Below, in pieces: positions 36,021 to 49,150 of a DNA stretch of 64,000 nt (position 1 is the stretch's first letter; every line of letters begins with the position of its first letter). A model generated the notes under the pieces. The model saw only the letters and a program-made list of their open reading frames with translations. It made no database searches and was not told where the DNA came from. The translations under genes were made by a program, and so were the position numbers. Source of the stretch: Octopus sinensis (taxonomy: Eukaryota); contig NC_042998.1 of NCBI RefSeq assembly GCF_006345805.1, positions 204,290,001 to 204,354,000 of the forward strand, in the 5' to 3' direction.

Positions 36021-36328
36021 AAAATATTTGTATGTATCTATGTTATTAGTTCACGAAATATTTCTTCTACAGACCTACTGCCCATGTTTACTATTTACCA
36101 AGTATCAATTACATGTGGAAGACTAGATTTTTATCTCTATTCTGTAAACTAATTCCAACATTTTTATGCTCTGCTTTCTTTTCTTTTCTTTTTTCTTTCT
36201 TTTTTTTTTGTTGTTTTTGTTCCTTTTCATTTTCTTCTCCCCCCCCCACACACACACTTTTAAAAAATAACTTTTTTTTACCCATTACAAAATGCCGTAC
36301 TTCGTTTAGTTAGCTCTCTCAATTATGA

Positions 36329-36352
36329 TTTTCTTTTCTTTCCCAGGTAAGT
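36329..36352 (+). other. Acceptor/donor fusion motif (recursive-splice-site-like, or an exon 3' end)
   Basis: TTTTCTTTTCTTTCCCAG|GTAAGT. Confidence 0.35.
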
Positions 36353-36602
36353 TTCCAATATTTGTGATTACAGAAAATGGCCAATCGAAACACTGTCAAA
36401 CTTAAGGTATTATAATGATTATCATTATTATTTATTATTATTATTATTATTATTATTTGTGTCTCCCTTCAAAGGCTCTGAGTTTTTGCCGTGGATTTTC
36501 TTTCAAATATTAAATCAACTAAATAATTGAGAAAAAAAACTATGAAATGAATTTTCTGAATTTTGTATTATTAAAAGCAAAAAAGAATTGAAAGAACATT
36601 CA

Positions 36603-36648
<46 letters not shown>

Positions 36649-37339
36649 TTGGAATTGGGTGTTTTTCTTCGTCTTTACATTTGTTATTCTTTTGTATTTG
36701 ACAAAAGTTTTTCTATAACAACAGATATTTTGTCTTCAGATGGAATTTTTTTCACTTGTTTCTTTATTCAACCTGAGACCTAGAAGAATACTTTTACAGA
36801 ACAGCACTTCACTCTTGGCAAAAAAAAAAAAATAAAGATTTTATTTTATTTTCACAACAGTTTTGAAACTCTGTGATGCTTCAACAAGAAATGGCATCCT
36901 CATTAATTGATTGATCAACATCAGAAAGCAACTTACCCCCAGATGGAGTAATGCCAATAGTTTTGTCAATACAGTGCCTACATATTGCTTGTTCTGTGAT
37001 GAGGGTACCGTTAACCCGTGTGTGTTGGTTCGGCTAACTTCAGTGTGGTTATATGAACAAATGTTGAATTAATTGAAAATTTTGGGGTGGGGGAAACCTC
37101 TCTCCCTCTCGTTATTTAATGTGTGAGAAAAAAATCAAAAAGAGAAACCTTATAAATAATAAAAATACCACTTACCAGTGGATTCTTGATCGTCCCTGCC
37201 AAGGTCACATGTAGCCCTCAAGCATCCCCCTGGCAGCTCTCAACAGTCTTTCTTCTATATATGCAGATCACAGCCGTAGCCTACACCAGTGTCACATAAT
37301 CAACCCATTTAAAAAGTACCTTTGAAACGTCAGGCGACA

Positions 37340-37770
37340 CGCTGTGCTTGGGGAGACCTATTGAGTCAAGTAAAATTAAAATCAAAAATTAAATCATAAT
37401 CAAATGGAAATTGTACTTGTGGCCAATGCCAGTGCCGCCTGACTGGCTCCTGTGTCGATGGCACATAAAAAGCACAATCCAAACCGATGCCAGCCCTCCC
37501 CACCCCGACTCACTCCTGTGCTGGTAGCATGTAAAAAGCACCATCTGAATGTGACCAATGCCAGTGCCGCTTGACTGGCTCCCGTTCCGGTGGCACATAA
37601 AAAGCATCCACTACACTCTCAGAGTGGTTGGCATTAGGAAGGGCATCCAGCTGTAGAAACTCTCTCAGAACAGACAGTTGGAATGTAATGCAGCCTCCTG
37701 GCTTGCCAGTCCCCAGTAAAACCATCCAACCCATGCCAGCATGGAAAATAGACGTTAAATAATGATGTAA
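37340..37770 (+). mobile_element. RTE LINE 3' end copy (ORF end, modules, tail)
   Basis: gctgtgcttggggagacc..aatggaaattg..modules..catgccagcatggaaaatagacgttaaat. Confidence 0.85.
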
Positions 37771-38949
37771 TTAATTTTCCTTTAATTAACTTGTATTTTA
37801 CTTTTTTGGATGGCCCCCTAAAAAAGGTCCAGGTTTTGGATGTGGCCCAGATATTAAAAAGGTTGAAAGCCACTGTCCCTTACTGTGAATATTTTGATTT
37901 ACATCTGAGTGTGGAGTAGGGAAACCTCGTCTCTCCAACAAACTTTTGCTTGTATTCAATATTGTGACTTCTCAATAATGTGATCTTTCTAAAAAGGTAA
38001 AAACACACACACACACACGTTCTCTACTCCATCTATCTCAAGGGCTTCTGATTACTAACTATATATAGAGTGTAAATTTTGTATTATTTGATTCTTTAAG
38101 AATTTCTAATTGGAGAGATCTTATAGGTTTATCCTACATGTACAATTTGGTAACTCCTATTAGTAAATGAAATGTGTGTAATGTGAAATAAATGATACCA
38201 AGATTTTTTTTTTTCCAATCATGTGTTTTAAAATTATATATATGTATTTATACTCACATCAACAACTCTGCTGTATGCTGCGTGTGTGGGAAGCAAGCTT
38301 CTCAACTTTGCCTTTCATTGCAATAAAAGTATAAAATGTCCACCAGTTTTGGGAAGTCGAGTGGCAGAACTGGTAGAGCATCAGACAAGATGCTTTGTGC
38401 TATTTGTTCTGGTTAATTGCGTTCTGAATTGCCCAGCCGGGAGATAGACTCAGTCCATTGTCCTGTTTAACACCACTACAAGGTCTTTGATGAGACGATA
38501 ATTTCTTCACCATTTACTCATCAGTTTTGGGGGGCCCTAAAAGGAAATAAAGGGCTGTAACTATCACTCACCCTCTCTAATGGAACAGGGAAGGATGTTC
38601 TGTGTATAATGAAGAACTGGTGGAAATAATTCACTGACTGTGTATCTCTTTCTTGAAAGGGACCCTACTTGGATCCTCTGCAATTTTAGGTGAGCAGGAA
38701 GCTTAAGGAACAGAATGGAAGCCCAGACTTTCATCCCTTTTCTCAATGACATTGGTCACCTGACATAGGCTGTTGTTTTGTTGTCATTTAACCTGAGGTG
38801 TCATCCTTGATCAAGCAGAGCTTGATTAAAGGTATTCAAGCTGTGACCATCCTGTCTTTGACTATGTCGTGTTAATTAAAAGGATTATATTTTTAATAGA
38901 AGGGTGAATAATTGTTTTAGTTACTCTTCATATAATTATGACACGTTTT

Positions 38950-39183
38950 AGCACCCGTGCCAGTGACACATTTGAGCACCCATGCCGGTGACACATAGAA
39001 GTACCCCTGTTGGTGGCACATAAAAGGCATCCACTACACTCTCAGAGTGGTTGGCATTAGGAAGGGCCAACACCAAAATCAGACTGGAACCCGGTGCCCC
39101 CCCCCCAGTTCCAGTCAAACTGTTTAACTCATGCCAGTATGGAAAGTGGATGCTAAATGATGATGATGATGAGGATGATGATT
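38950..39183 (+). mobile_element. RTE LINE 3' tail copy
   Basis: Modules, tail and (gat)n. Confidence 0.8.
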
Positions 39184-39377
39184 TTTATTGTAGCTATAGC
39201 TTTCCTAAATAGTTTAAAATGATCTTGATGTTGAAGGTGTCCAGCACTCTAATTTTTTTAATAGCAGAATGTGATCTGAGGAAGATTTGGCTGCTATATC
39301 TTGCAGGTCAGACAGTTACTTAGTTTTCCCTGTTTAGTAATAAGAAATGCATACATGGAGAGTAGTTAAATGAAATG

Positions 39378-39480
39378 ATGTTGGAGCCTGGTGCAGCCTC
39401 CTGGCTTCCCAGACCCCGGTCGAACCGTCCAACCCACGCCAGCATGGAAAACGGACGTCAAACAATGATGATGATGATGA
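39378..39480 (+). mobile_element. RTE LINE 3' tail copy, about 100 bp
   Basis: ttggagcctggtgcagcc...ggaaaacggacgtcaaacaatgatg. Confidence 0.9.
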
Positions 39481-40294
39481 CAAGCCTGGCACAGAGTTCT
39501 CACTAAAACGGTTTGCTTCTAATGTTACCAGTAAGTTCTGCAAATATTCCTAAATATTTAACAATGTCGAGAAATGATGGACTGCCATTTGGCAGCATCG
39601 GGAAGCCATGATTCCATGGCAAATGTTTATGTTCCACGTTGGTGGTGGGGTGGGGTGGCGGGGGGTGGGGGTGGACTGGGTTTAAATAAATCATTACAAC
39701 ATTATTGATTTCCTTCTCTTCCAAACCAGTGAAAAGGTTTTGCTTTTTCCTGCTGCCATCACAAGTTCACTTTTACTTTTCTATAATTCATTTTTAAATT
39801 AGTTGTAAGAGTAGTAAAAAAATTGTTTAAATTGACTTTTTGTTATTTAAAAATAAAAAAGTTTAAATACACAATTGGCTTCGTTGCTGTTGTTTCAATG
39901 GTTTCTCACTGGTTGGGTGGGGCTCGAGTCTAATCAATATCTTTTATTGATTCTCACCCCTCTCCGCACCCCGGCTCAGCTCCATCCCGATGAACTTTGA
40001 ATACACTTCGTTCTCTATGCAGTCCAATTAAACAAGCGCCTGTTACGAAGAACATTGATTAGAGTAATGCATTCGACTGTTTAGATTATAGATTCTTTGC
40101 ATTCATCGAAATGTTCATTCAGCAAAGATGGGGAAGAGGGAATCGTGTGCCATTTTGGTCTATATAAACAACCTCACTTCTGCTCTCTCGTTTATCAGGT
40201 AGCAATATTACTTTGTATAAATAGCGTTAATTATTCTAATCAGGAACACCTCACACTGCCAGCAGCTGATTATATAAACGCTGTCAGCTTCCCC

Positions 40295-40465
40295 TGGCAC
40301 ATAAAAAGCACCCACCACACTCACGGAGTGGTTGGCATTAGGAAGGGCATCCAGCTGTAGAAACACTGCCAGATCAGACTGGAGCCTGGTGCAGACTCCG
40401 GTCAAACTGTCCAACCCATGCTAGCATGGAAAACGGACGTTAAACAATGATGATGATGATGATGA
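40295..40465 (+). mobile_element. RTE LINE 3' tail copy
   Basis: Conserved tail and (gat)n. Confidence 0.9.
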
Positions 40466-40934
40466 CAACCTGGAAGTTCGGCTTCTGAGACCTGACTAAC
40501 TCTTTTCATATGTCTTTTATTTCGTAAGGTCTCTGACAGACAGACGAATACAAGATACCCATGGTCTAACTGGTCAGGCAGATGGATGCAGTCTGTGGTC
40601 AAACAAATGGCTCGTTCATCCGGTGTCATTTGTTTCCAATTCTCTGCCTAACCCTGTCCCAGCTGTCTGTTGCTCCATCGACTCTTTTCCTGCTCTGTCA
40701 GTTATCTCTCATTAACCCTTCCTCCCCTAACTCGTGCATCATTAGTCAACCCTTTCCACCCTACCCCTTATCCACCTGTCACTACATCCACCCTTCCCCA
40801 ATCCCAACAAATCCCTTCTTTGGCCCTTTCTTTCATACCTTAAACGGCCCCTTCAGGTTTTAACTCCTGCAACTCGTTAGGGTTCCTTAATTGCTATAAG
40901 ATTTGCTTCATTTCTATTTGTATTCTTTTTTTTT

Positions 40935-41135
40935 TATCTTTTACTTGTTTCAGTCCTTTCACTGGCCATGCTGGAGCATCACCTTGAAGAAACTTTTAAT
41001 CAAATGAATCAACCTCAATACTTTCTTTTTTCCCTTTTTTAAAAATCTGATGCTTATTCTATCAGTCTCTTTTGCCAAACTGCTAAGTTACAGGGACATA
41101 AACACACAAACACCAGTTACCAAATGCTGGTGGGG
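40935..41135 (-). mobile_element. SINE family B, 3' half
   Basis: ttttacttgtttcagtc..ggccatgctggagcatc. Confidence 0.75.
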
Positions 41136-41151
41136 ACAAACACACACACAC

Positions 41152-41930
41152 AATGAAGCCAGTATGCTTTGCTGGATGTGCAATGTAAGTGTGCATGTTC
41201 AACAAAGTGCAAGCATCTTGAGAGAAAAGTTAGGCATCAGATGTGGTGTGCAAGAGAGATGACAGCGCTGGTATGGTCATGGGATGCGTATGAACGAGGA
41301 CAGCTGTGTGAAGAAGTGCTGATCTCTGACTGTGGAGGGAACCTATGGAAGAGGTAAACCCAGCAAGACATGTGATGAGGTGGTGAAGCATGATCTTTGA
41401 ACTTTGGGCTTCACAGAGGCAATGACAAACGACCGTAACTTTTGGCAATATGCTGTGCTTGAGAAGACTAATCAAGCCAAGTGAAATCATAGTCGTGGCT
41501 AGCGCTGGTGTCACGTAACTGGCACCCATGCCGGTGGCACATAAAGAGCACTTTTCAAGAGTTGGGCCTCATGGAGGCGAAGTGGCTGGTGCCAGTGGCA
41601 TGTGAAAAGCTCCTTTCAAGTGTTGTGCCTCACGGAGACAATGGCCACGACCTTTGGCCTTATGTTGTGCTTGAGAAGAAGACACATCAATCCAAGCAAA
41701 ATTGCAGTCGGGGCAGATACCGATGTCACACAAATGGCACATGTGCCAGTGTTACATGAAAGCACCCATTACACTCTCAGAGTGGTTGGCATTAGGAAGG
41801 GCATCCAGCTTTAGAAATGATGTCAAATCAGACTGGAGTCTGGTGTAGCCTTCTAGTTTGCCAGCCCTGGTCAAACCGTCCAACCCATGCCAGCATGGAC
41901 AATGGATGCTAAATGATGATGATGATGATA
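41152..41930 (+). mobile_element. Older RTE LINE 3' fragment (RT C-terminus, duplicated ORF end, tail)
   Basis: NEASMLCWMCNV..LREKLGIRCGVQER aligns to the main LINE C-terminus; stops are present. Confidence 0.9.
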
Positions 41931-42727
41931 TATATGTATATCATCATCATCATCATCATCATTTAGCGTCCATTTATCATGCTAGTATGGGTTGGGCTTC
42001 TTTCAGTTTCATCTGCCAAATCCACTCACAAGGCTTTGGCCAGCCTGGGGCTATAGCAGAAGACACTTACCCAAGTGCCACACAGCGGGACTGAACCTGG
42101 ACCCTCATGGTTCAGAAGCAGACATCTTACCAGTCAACCATGTCAATCTTTTTTGAGATGGGGACCTCTTGTTGATATTTCCAGTCCATTATAGATTGCA
42201 TTTGTGCCTTAAGGGTGACTTTATTATAATTTCAAGTCTTGAAAAACCCGACTCTTTTTATCTGAAATGTATAGGATTTCCTTTGGCACAAATATTAATT
42301 TGTTCCAAAACCAAAACGTCTCCCTGCAGAGCGACACTTAATCACTTAACAACATTCAATTGGTGAATTAATTCTTTCTGTTTATTCTTCCTTATATATT
42401 CCGTCTGTGTTGAATTTTCTAAATTTCATGCAATCTGCTGCTGTCTGCCTCTTTAAACCCCAGCAGATGGTAATTTGGGAATAACTTGTCAGTGTTGGAA
42501 TAAAACCAACCACCCAGCCCACACAAGCTGGACATGCACTGAAACTGCCGAAAGTTGTCAGAGCAGCAGCAGCAGTAGAAAATATTTCTGGAATTCTCTG
42601 AAGAATGTTCTTATTCTCCACAATGCATTACAGACTATGACTTTCTGGGTTTTTTTTTCTTACCCAGTAAAGCCCGTGTCTGGTGGTCATTTGTACGAAA
42701 AAGTCAAATTTTTATCAACAGCAGGCA

Positions 42728-42888
42728 TGGGAGTGGCTGAGGGATAAGTAGCTTGCTTGCCAACCACATGGTTCCGGGTTCGGTCCCACTGCGTGGCGCC
42801 TTGGATAGGTGTCTTCTGCTATAGCCTCGGGACAACCAAAGCCTTGTGAGTGGATATGGTGGACGGAGGCTGAGGGAGGCCCGTCGTA

Positions 42889-42942
<54 letters not shown>

Positions 42943-43160
42943 GCGTGTGTGTATATGTTTATGTGTCTGTGTTTGTCCCCCCAACATCGCTTGACAACCA
43001 ATGCTGGTGTGTTTATGTCTCTGTAACTTAGCAGTTCAGTAAAAGAGATAGATAGAATAAGTACTAGTCTTACACGAATAAGTTCTGGGGTCAATTTGCT
43101 CAACTAAAAGCAGTGCTCCAGCAGGGCCACAGTCAAATGACTGAAACAAGTAAAAGAGCG
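42728..43160 (+). mobile_element. SINE family B, full length
   Basis: ggagtggctg..ggttccgggttcggtcccactgcgtggcgcc...actgaaacaagtaaaagag. Confidence 0.9.
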
Positions 43161-43409
43161 CTTGTTTTGATGTCGTCTTTAATGTACACAACATGGAACA
43201 TGGATATTAAATGATGATGGTGGGTGGGGGGGATCATAATGTCTGCAAATTATATAACTGGCACTCTGTTAGTTGATGTGAGTTGGGTCAGTGTTTGGAC
43301 TCTGTGGTGTGACCTAGGACTGGTACCTGTTGACAGCCAGTCAGACTGAGGTGATTATAATAATGAAACTTCGTTTAGTGATACAACACAATCATTGTAG
43401 AAAGATTGT

Positions 43410-43560
43410 TGTTGTTTAACCCCTGATTGAGGTCCTGATTGAGCAGACCTGTGGTCAGACATATTCCAGATATGACCATCCTAAGGACTTCCCTAAGACT
43501 GAAGGATACGATAGGAGGGAGATTTGCCTGTTATTTCTAACAGATCAAATAATCACATAG
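43410..43560 (+). mobile_element. Interspersed repeat family D (also at 38770-38865 and 53315-53485)
   Basis: gtttaaccc..gagcagacc..attccag..gaccatcc..gggagatttg(g)ctg.tatttcta recurs at these sites. Confidence 0.55.
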
Positions 43561-44334
43561 AATCTCCCTGTTTCGAGTATCTCCTTCCTGGGGTCGCATT
43601 ATTTTGGGGCTCTTTATCCCGTCTGTGGCCTTGTTTCTTTTTCTAAACAATTACCATCTCTTACACCAAGAACAACAATTACCACTCCGTGTCTGTGTGT
43701 GTCTGTGTCTGTGTGTGTGTGTGTGCGTGTGTGTGATGCCAGACCATTATTTGGTAATCTATCATCACTAGATTTAATTGCCAAACTGTTTTGGTTTTTT
43801 TCCTTTAAATTAAATTAAATTAATAATTTTTTTTTTATTTGCTCTTTCTACAAAAAGACTTAACTCTGCTCCCTGTTTAGCCCCCGTCCCCTTTCTTTTT
43901 TTTTTGTCATTGTAAAAGGACAAAGCAGCACATCTGAATTAAGGATAAAATTACTACAGAAACAGTTCCGCTGCCACTCAACCCCCACCCCACCCCCATC
44001 GTACCCCCCCCCCACCCCACACACTCTATCTTGAGTTATCTGGGAGGTTGGGTGGAGCGGAGCCAACACTGCTAGGTTAGTAGTGACAAACTGTAGGGAG
44101 ATCTGAATAGCAGAAGCCCCCAACACCCTGCAAGTGCTTTGACCCTTACCTCTTTACATTCAAAGGGGTGGTTGTGAATTAAGCCGACTGCATTCAGGTC
44201 ATCCGCTCCTGGACATTCCTCTGTTGCCACATTCTATGCTATTGTTTACAACTTAACCTGCACCTCCCTCTGCACCCCAGAGCCAGGGTACCCAGGATGT
44301 CGTAACCACTTCTGTCTCATGCAAACTCTTCTCA

Positions 44335-44530
44335 GCCACTTCAGCTTTTGTCTTAGGAACTCTGGTTTTCTTTCTCCAAGAAATTGAAAGCCATTTCATG
44401 CCGGAGCCTCATGGAGCTTTAGGTGTTTTTCGCTCAATAAACACACACAACGCCCAGTCTAGGAATCGAAACTACGATCCTCCGACCGCGAGTCCGCTGC
44501 CCTAACCACTGGTCCATTGCGCTTCCACTG
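44335..44530 (-). mobile_element. SINE family C variant (head)
   Basis: Reverse complement of ggaagcgcaatggaccagtggttagggcagcggactcgcggtc. Confidence 0.75.
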
Positions 44531-44622
44531 CTGTTACTGCTGGTAGTATTGCTGTAGGAAAACATCTTGCCTACATCAGGGGTTAAATTGCCGGATCAGC
44601 TTTCTGCTATTATCAATCACTT

Positions 44623-44666
<44 letters not shown>

Positions 44667-45139
44667 GTGTACATCATACATACACAATGCACAAATATAC
44701 TGATACACATTATGCATATACACTGACGGATAGGCACACATACACACACACAAGCGTGTACAATACACACATATGTTACAGGTTATATTATGTCCAGACA
44801 AACAGACAGATATATGTTTTGACATACAACCCGGACCAGGTAGTAAACAAACAAACACACACACACACACACACACATGCATATATATACCTGCACTCAC
44901 ACACACAGACACACCTGCTTTCAGGTGTGTATATATACACACATGCAATGCATCTACACACTCATACTAATACTACTACTACGATTTGCTATTCAATAGT
45001 AAATATTGTTGCTGTGTAATTTAGGTTATGGAGGAGGAGGAGGTGGAAGAGGAGGAAACGCCAGGGTTTGTAGTTTTAGTGGTTTGTGGTACCATCAACA
45101 GTGCTTCAAATGGAGGACCAGCACTGTTTTGTCCTTATC

Positions 45140-45540
45140 ATCATTATCATCATCATCATCATTTAGCATCCGTTGTCCATGCTGGCATGGGTTGGACGGT
45201 TTGACCAGGGCTGGCGAACTGGAAGGCCGCACCAGACTCCAGTCTGATTTGGCCTGGTTTTCTATGGCTGGATGCCTTTCCTAATGCCAACCACTCCATG
45301 AGTGTAATGGGTGCTTTTACGTGCCATTTGCATGGCACGAATATCTGTCACGACTGCGATTTTGCTTGGCTTGATGGGTCTTCTTCTTCTCAAGCACAAC
45401 ATAAGGCCAAAGGTCTTGGCCATTGTCTCCGTGTGGCCCAACTCTTGAAAGGAGCTCAGCCACTTTGCCTCTGTGAGGCCCAACACTCAAAAGGTGCCTC
45501 ATTCTCATATAATGCCCTCCTTCCATGTTGTCGTGGGTCG
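45140..45540 (-). mobile_element. RTE LINE 3' end copy with duplicated ORF-end segments
   Basis: (cat)n tail; cttcttctcaagcac..ggtcttggccattg..ggcccaac repeated. Confidence 0.85.
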
Positions 45541-45584
45541 GCTGGTTTGACAGGAGCAAGGCAACCCTTTCTCCAACAGGCACA

Positions 45585-45770
45585 AGGTCTGAAAGTTTGG
45601 GGGAGGGGGGACTAGTTGATTACATCGACCCCAGTGTTTCACTGGTACTTAATTTATCAATCCCGAAAGTATGAAAGGCCAAGTCAACCTCAGTGGAATT
45701 AGAACTCAGGACAGACGAAATGCCGCTAAGCGCTTTGTCTGGCATGCTAATGGTTCTGCCAGCGCTCACC
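45585..45770 (-). mobile_element. SINE family A
   Basis: ccccagtg..ggtacttaatttatcaatcccgaaag. Confidence 0.75.
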
Positions 45771-46683
45771 GCTTTGAGACTGCCTTAAATAAGGATAGGA
45801 ATTCGTTTTTTGTTTTCTTGGTTTTAATTAAAACACCTTTAGTCATGGCTTTTCTTGATTGAGGTAGACCCATGGTTAAATAATAGTTCTTCATCAGTCG
45901 TCATCAATTCTTCTGAATGCTGCCATCTTGTTAATTACTAATAATTTGTCTCTTTTTTTAAAAGTGCCACTGAAGACAATTATTTTTTTTTTTTTTCCTC
46001 TTGAGTCTTAATTCAGGGCTGTTAATTAGAAATGGTTTAACATTTTAATTATGTATTTTTAATGACTTCTGTTTAACATAAAGCGATCGTTAAATATTAA
46101 TCTGTCCCTTCTCAGGTTCCCTCCTAAACTTCTGTCTCCTTTGAAAATAGTAACATTTTAATAGAAATGCTTCATTAACTGTAGCAATAGCAGTAGTAGT
46201 AGTAGCAGTGCTGGTAGAAGTAGTAGTAGTGGTGGTGGTGGTGGTTGTGGTAGTAGTTTTTACTTCCATCAATATCATGTTTATTTTTGAAACATTAATT
46301 TGATAGCCACCAACTGACTCAGATTCCATTATCAAACTCATAAAACATCTCAATTCTTCATCTCCGACCCCCCCACCTCCACCACCCCCACCTCCACCAC
46401 CCCACCCCCTCCACCTCTTTGTTTTAAATACAGTTTTGTTTCTTTAGCTACGTTTAACTCGCTTCTCTTACAATTTCTCAAATTTTTTACCGTTTTGAAA
46501 TCTTTATTTATCATTTCATTTCCAAAATGTTTCTTACACCCTCCACTCCCATCTTTTACTCCATCTTTAACCTTACACACACACACACACACATGTTGCT
46601 TAGACACAACCTAGACATGTTATATTAGACTTGCCTTCCTGAACACTAATCATTGAAAGCATCCTTCATTGGGGAACACAACT

Positions 46684-46687
<4 letters not shown>

Positions 46688-46740
<53 letters not shown>

Positions 46741-47005
46741 TCCCTCTCTCTTTCCCTCTCTCTCTTTCTCTTTCCCTCTCTCTCTTTCTCTCTCTTTCCT
46801 CTCTCTCTTTCTCTCTCTTTCCCTCTCTCTTTCTCTCTCTTTCCCTCTCTCTCTTTCTCCCTCTCTCTCTCTCCCTCTCTCTCTCTCTTTCTCTCTCTCC
46901 CTCCCTCTCCCCATTCTCTCTTTCTCCCTTCTCTCTCTTCCTCTCTCTCCCCATTCTCTCTTTCTCCCTCCCCTCTCTCTCTCTATCTCTCTCTCTCCCA
47001 CACAC
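46688..47005. repeat. (CT)n polypyrimidine tract
   Basis: Read directly. Confidence 0.95.
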
Positions 47006-47299
47006 ATACAGGGTAAGGAACCATATCTGTGCTATTCACCTTCTCCATTCCCAACCCAAATATTTCCAAATACCTTCAAACTTGCTATAAACGTTGGGCT
47101 TTACAATCTCAGATCAGCTTCCATGGCACCAACACATTAGTAACAGTGCTAAAGCTGTTTCCCAAATAACGTTGTTTCTTCTTCACAACCAGTCCCATCC
47201 CCCCCCCCCAGTTTCCAACTATTTCCAAGCAAAATAACATTTCCCTGTGGCTGGACATGAATGAAATTGAAATAATCAATTAGACTTAAATATAGAGGT

Positions 47300-47960
47300 T
47301 TAACCCTTTTGTTACCATATTTCTGTTGAGATGTTCTGTGTTTCTTTCAATTAATTTTAAATATAACAAAAAATTTAGTAAAATAACTTAGTTATCATTC
47401 AGCTAGTGTTAGCTAGTGCTAGTTATGGGTAGCAATTTTCTTCACTACTTCAGGGAAGGATGACCCTGCCTGACATGAGTCCTGGGCTCGGCTGGCTCCG
47501 GCTGACAGCACCCGGTATGGGCCCCTATCCAGGGTTATGGAAAGGAGACAACCTTCAAAGAAATCCAGAGTTGAGCCCTGTTGGTGGTTTAGTGTTCAAC
47601 TCGACACTCTTCTGGCAGCTCCTGCAACCAAGCTGGTGCCAAACGTAATGCTCTGCACTCCTTTGGACTACATCAGCAAGGTCGAGAGAGGAATCTGACA
47701 ATTGGGCTACCCAGGATTTTCTTACATCCACCCCAGGCCTGCGCAAAACTAGAGAGGACAGGAAATGTAAAAACCAGACTGGATTAGTTTATGCACAACT
47801 CCATTGTCTTCTGAGACAAAAGGATGCCAACAACAAGTGTTAGTAACATAAATTGTGACTAAGGTTTGGTGGAAGATTTTAATTCAAAACTTATGAAAAC
47901 AAGACATTTGTATTATGGGACCAGGGGTGGTTTCAGGCAGGTTGGAATCGAAAGGGTTAA
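47300..47960. mobile_element. TTAA-flanked piggyBac-like MITE, interrupted by an insert
   Basis: Termini TTAACCCTTT (47300) and AAAGGGTTAA (47960). Confidence 0.75.
47413..47835 (+). mobile_element. Short non-coding retroelement, probably an RTE deletion derivative
   Basis: 8-bp direct repeat AGTGTTAG at 47405-47412 and 47836-47843; GC-rich body; ends ggatgccaacaacaa. Confidence 0.6.
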
Positions 47961-48967
47961 AAGCAATGGTAGCTAATGTACCTAGCTAAAAATCTGATGC
48001 ACCACCCATGACACACAAACATTATTCTTAATAAGTTATCGTATTTTAAGTTCTGTCTCTGGCACAAGTAATTATCTAAGTAATTTTCTGTGAACAGTTT
48101 TCCTCTATTTCACTTAGACTGATAAAAATTAAATATTCAGTTATTTATTTACATTTTTTTTTTTAAATGCTATTCAAAGATTAGATAAAAGAGGTCAGCA
48201 GGTGTCAAGGTGAAGGTTGTGCTACCCTGAACGCAGTGTGACAACAGATAGCAGCTGGCCTCGCTGTTGCAGTATGTGTTGACCTCCAAACACCATTACA
48301 TTGCAATTGTCTTCAGAGTGGGTCACCTAGATGTCTTACAGGCTGGAAGCAGAAAGAAACCGTTTATCTAGGAGCTGATTAAGAAGCTCCCTTCCCCAAC
48401 TACTAAGACTTCAGGTTCAGTCCCACTGCACGGCACCTTGGGCATAGGGGTCTTAGCCAACCAAAGCCTTGTGAGCAGATTTGGTAGACAAAAAACTCAA
48501 AGAAACCCGTTGTATGTGTTTCTCTCCTTGTATTGACATCATGTCATCATCATCATCATCATCAACATCTGTTTTCCATGCTGGCTCAGTTTGACAGGGG
48601 TTTGGAGGCCCCACCAGGCTCTGTTTGTCTGTTTGGGCTTGGTTCCTACAGTTGGATTCCCTTCTTAATGACAACCACTTCACAGAAGGTGCTGTTGTCT
48701 TGTTGAGAAAAACAATTACCATAAACTAGAACTTGTCCAATTAGTACTTTTAATTTTCCTTTAATGAAGAACATGAAATTAAATTTCCTCCTTGAAAAAT
48801 TGCATCTTACCACAAACTGTTTTACCTCGAAAATTCTTTTATCTTTTATAATTGTTTTGGTTAATTAAAGCTACAAAATAGCATTCATAGCAAAGAACTC
48901 TTTCCAAAAAGGATTTTCAGACAATACACACACACATCTTGGATATGAATTTGTGTTTCTCACACGC

Positions 48968-49150
48968 ATATCATCATCCTCATTTAACGTCCGTTTTCCA
49001 TGCTAGCATGGGTTGGATGGTTCGACCGGGGTCTGGGAAGCCGGGAGGCTGCACCAGGCTCCAGTCTGATCTGGCAATGTTTCTACAGCTGAATGCCCTT
49101 CCTAACGCCAACCACTCCATGAGTGTAGTGGGTGCTTTCTATGTGCCACT
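48968..49150 (-). mobile_element. RTE LINE 3' tail copy
   Basis: catttaacgtccgttttccatgctagcatgggttgg. Confidence 0.9.

Noticed and set aside
25592-36152. Long Y/I/M/C/V/H-rich ORFs (for example 385 aa at 34995-36152)
   Set aside because: They are translations of TA/TG/CA microsatellites that lack stop codons.
36938-37316. Two minus-strand coding exon candidates ending in GTAAGT
   Set aside because: The upstream one has stops in all three frames from the best acceptor; the downstream one (..VNGTLITEQAICRHCIDKTIGITPSG) has a poor acceptor and no recognisable homology.
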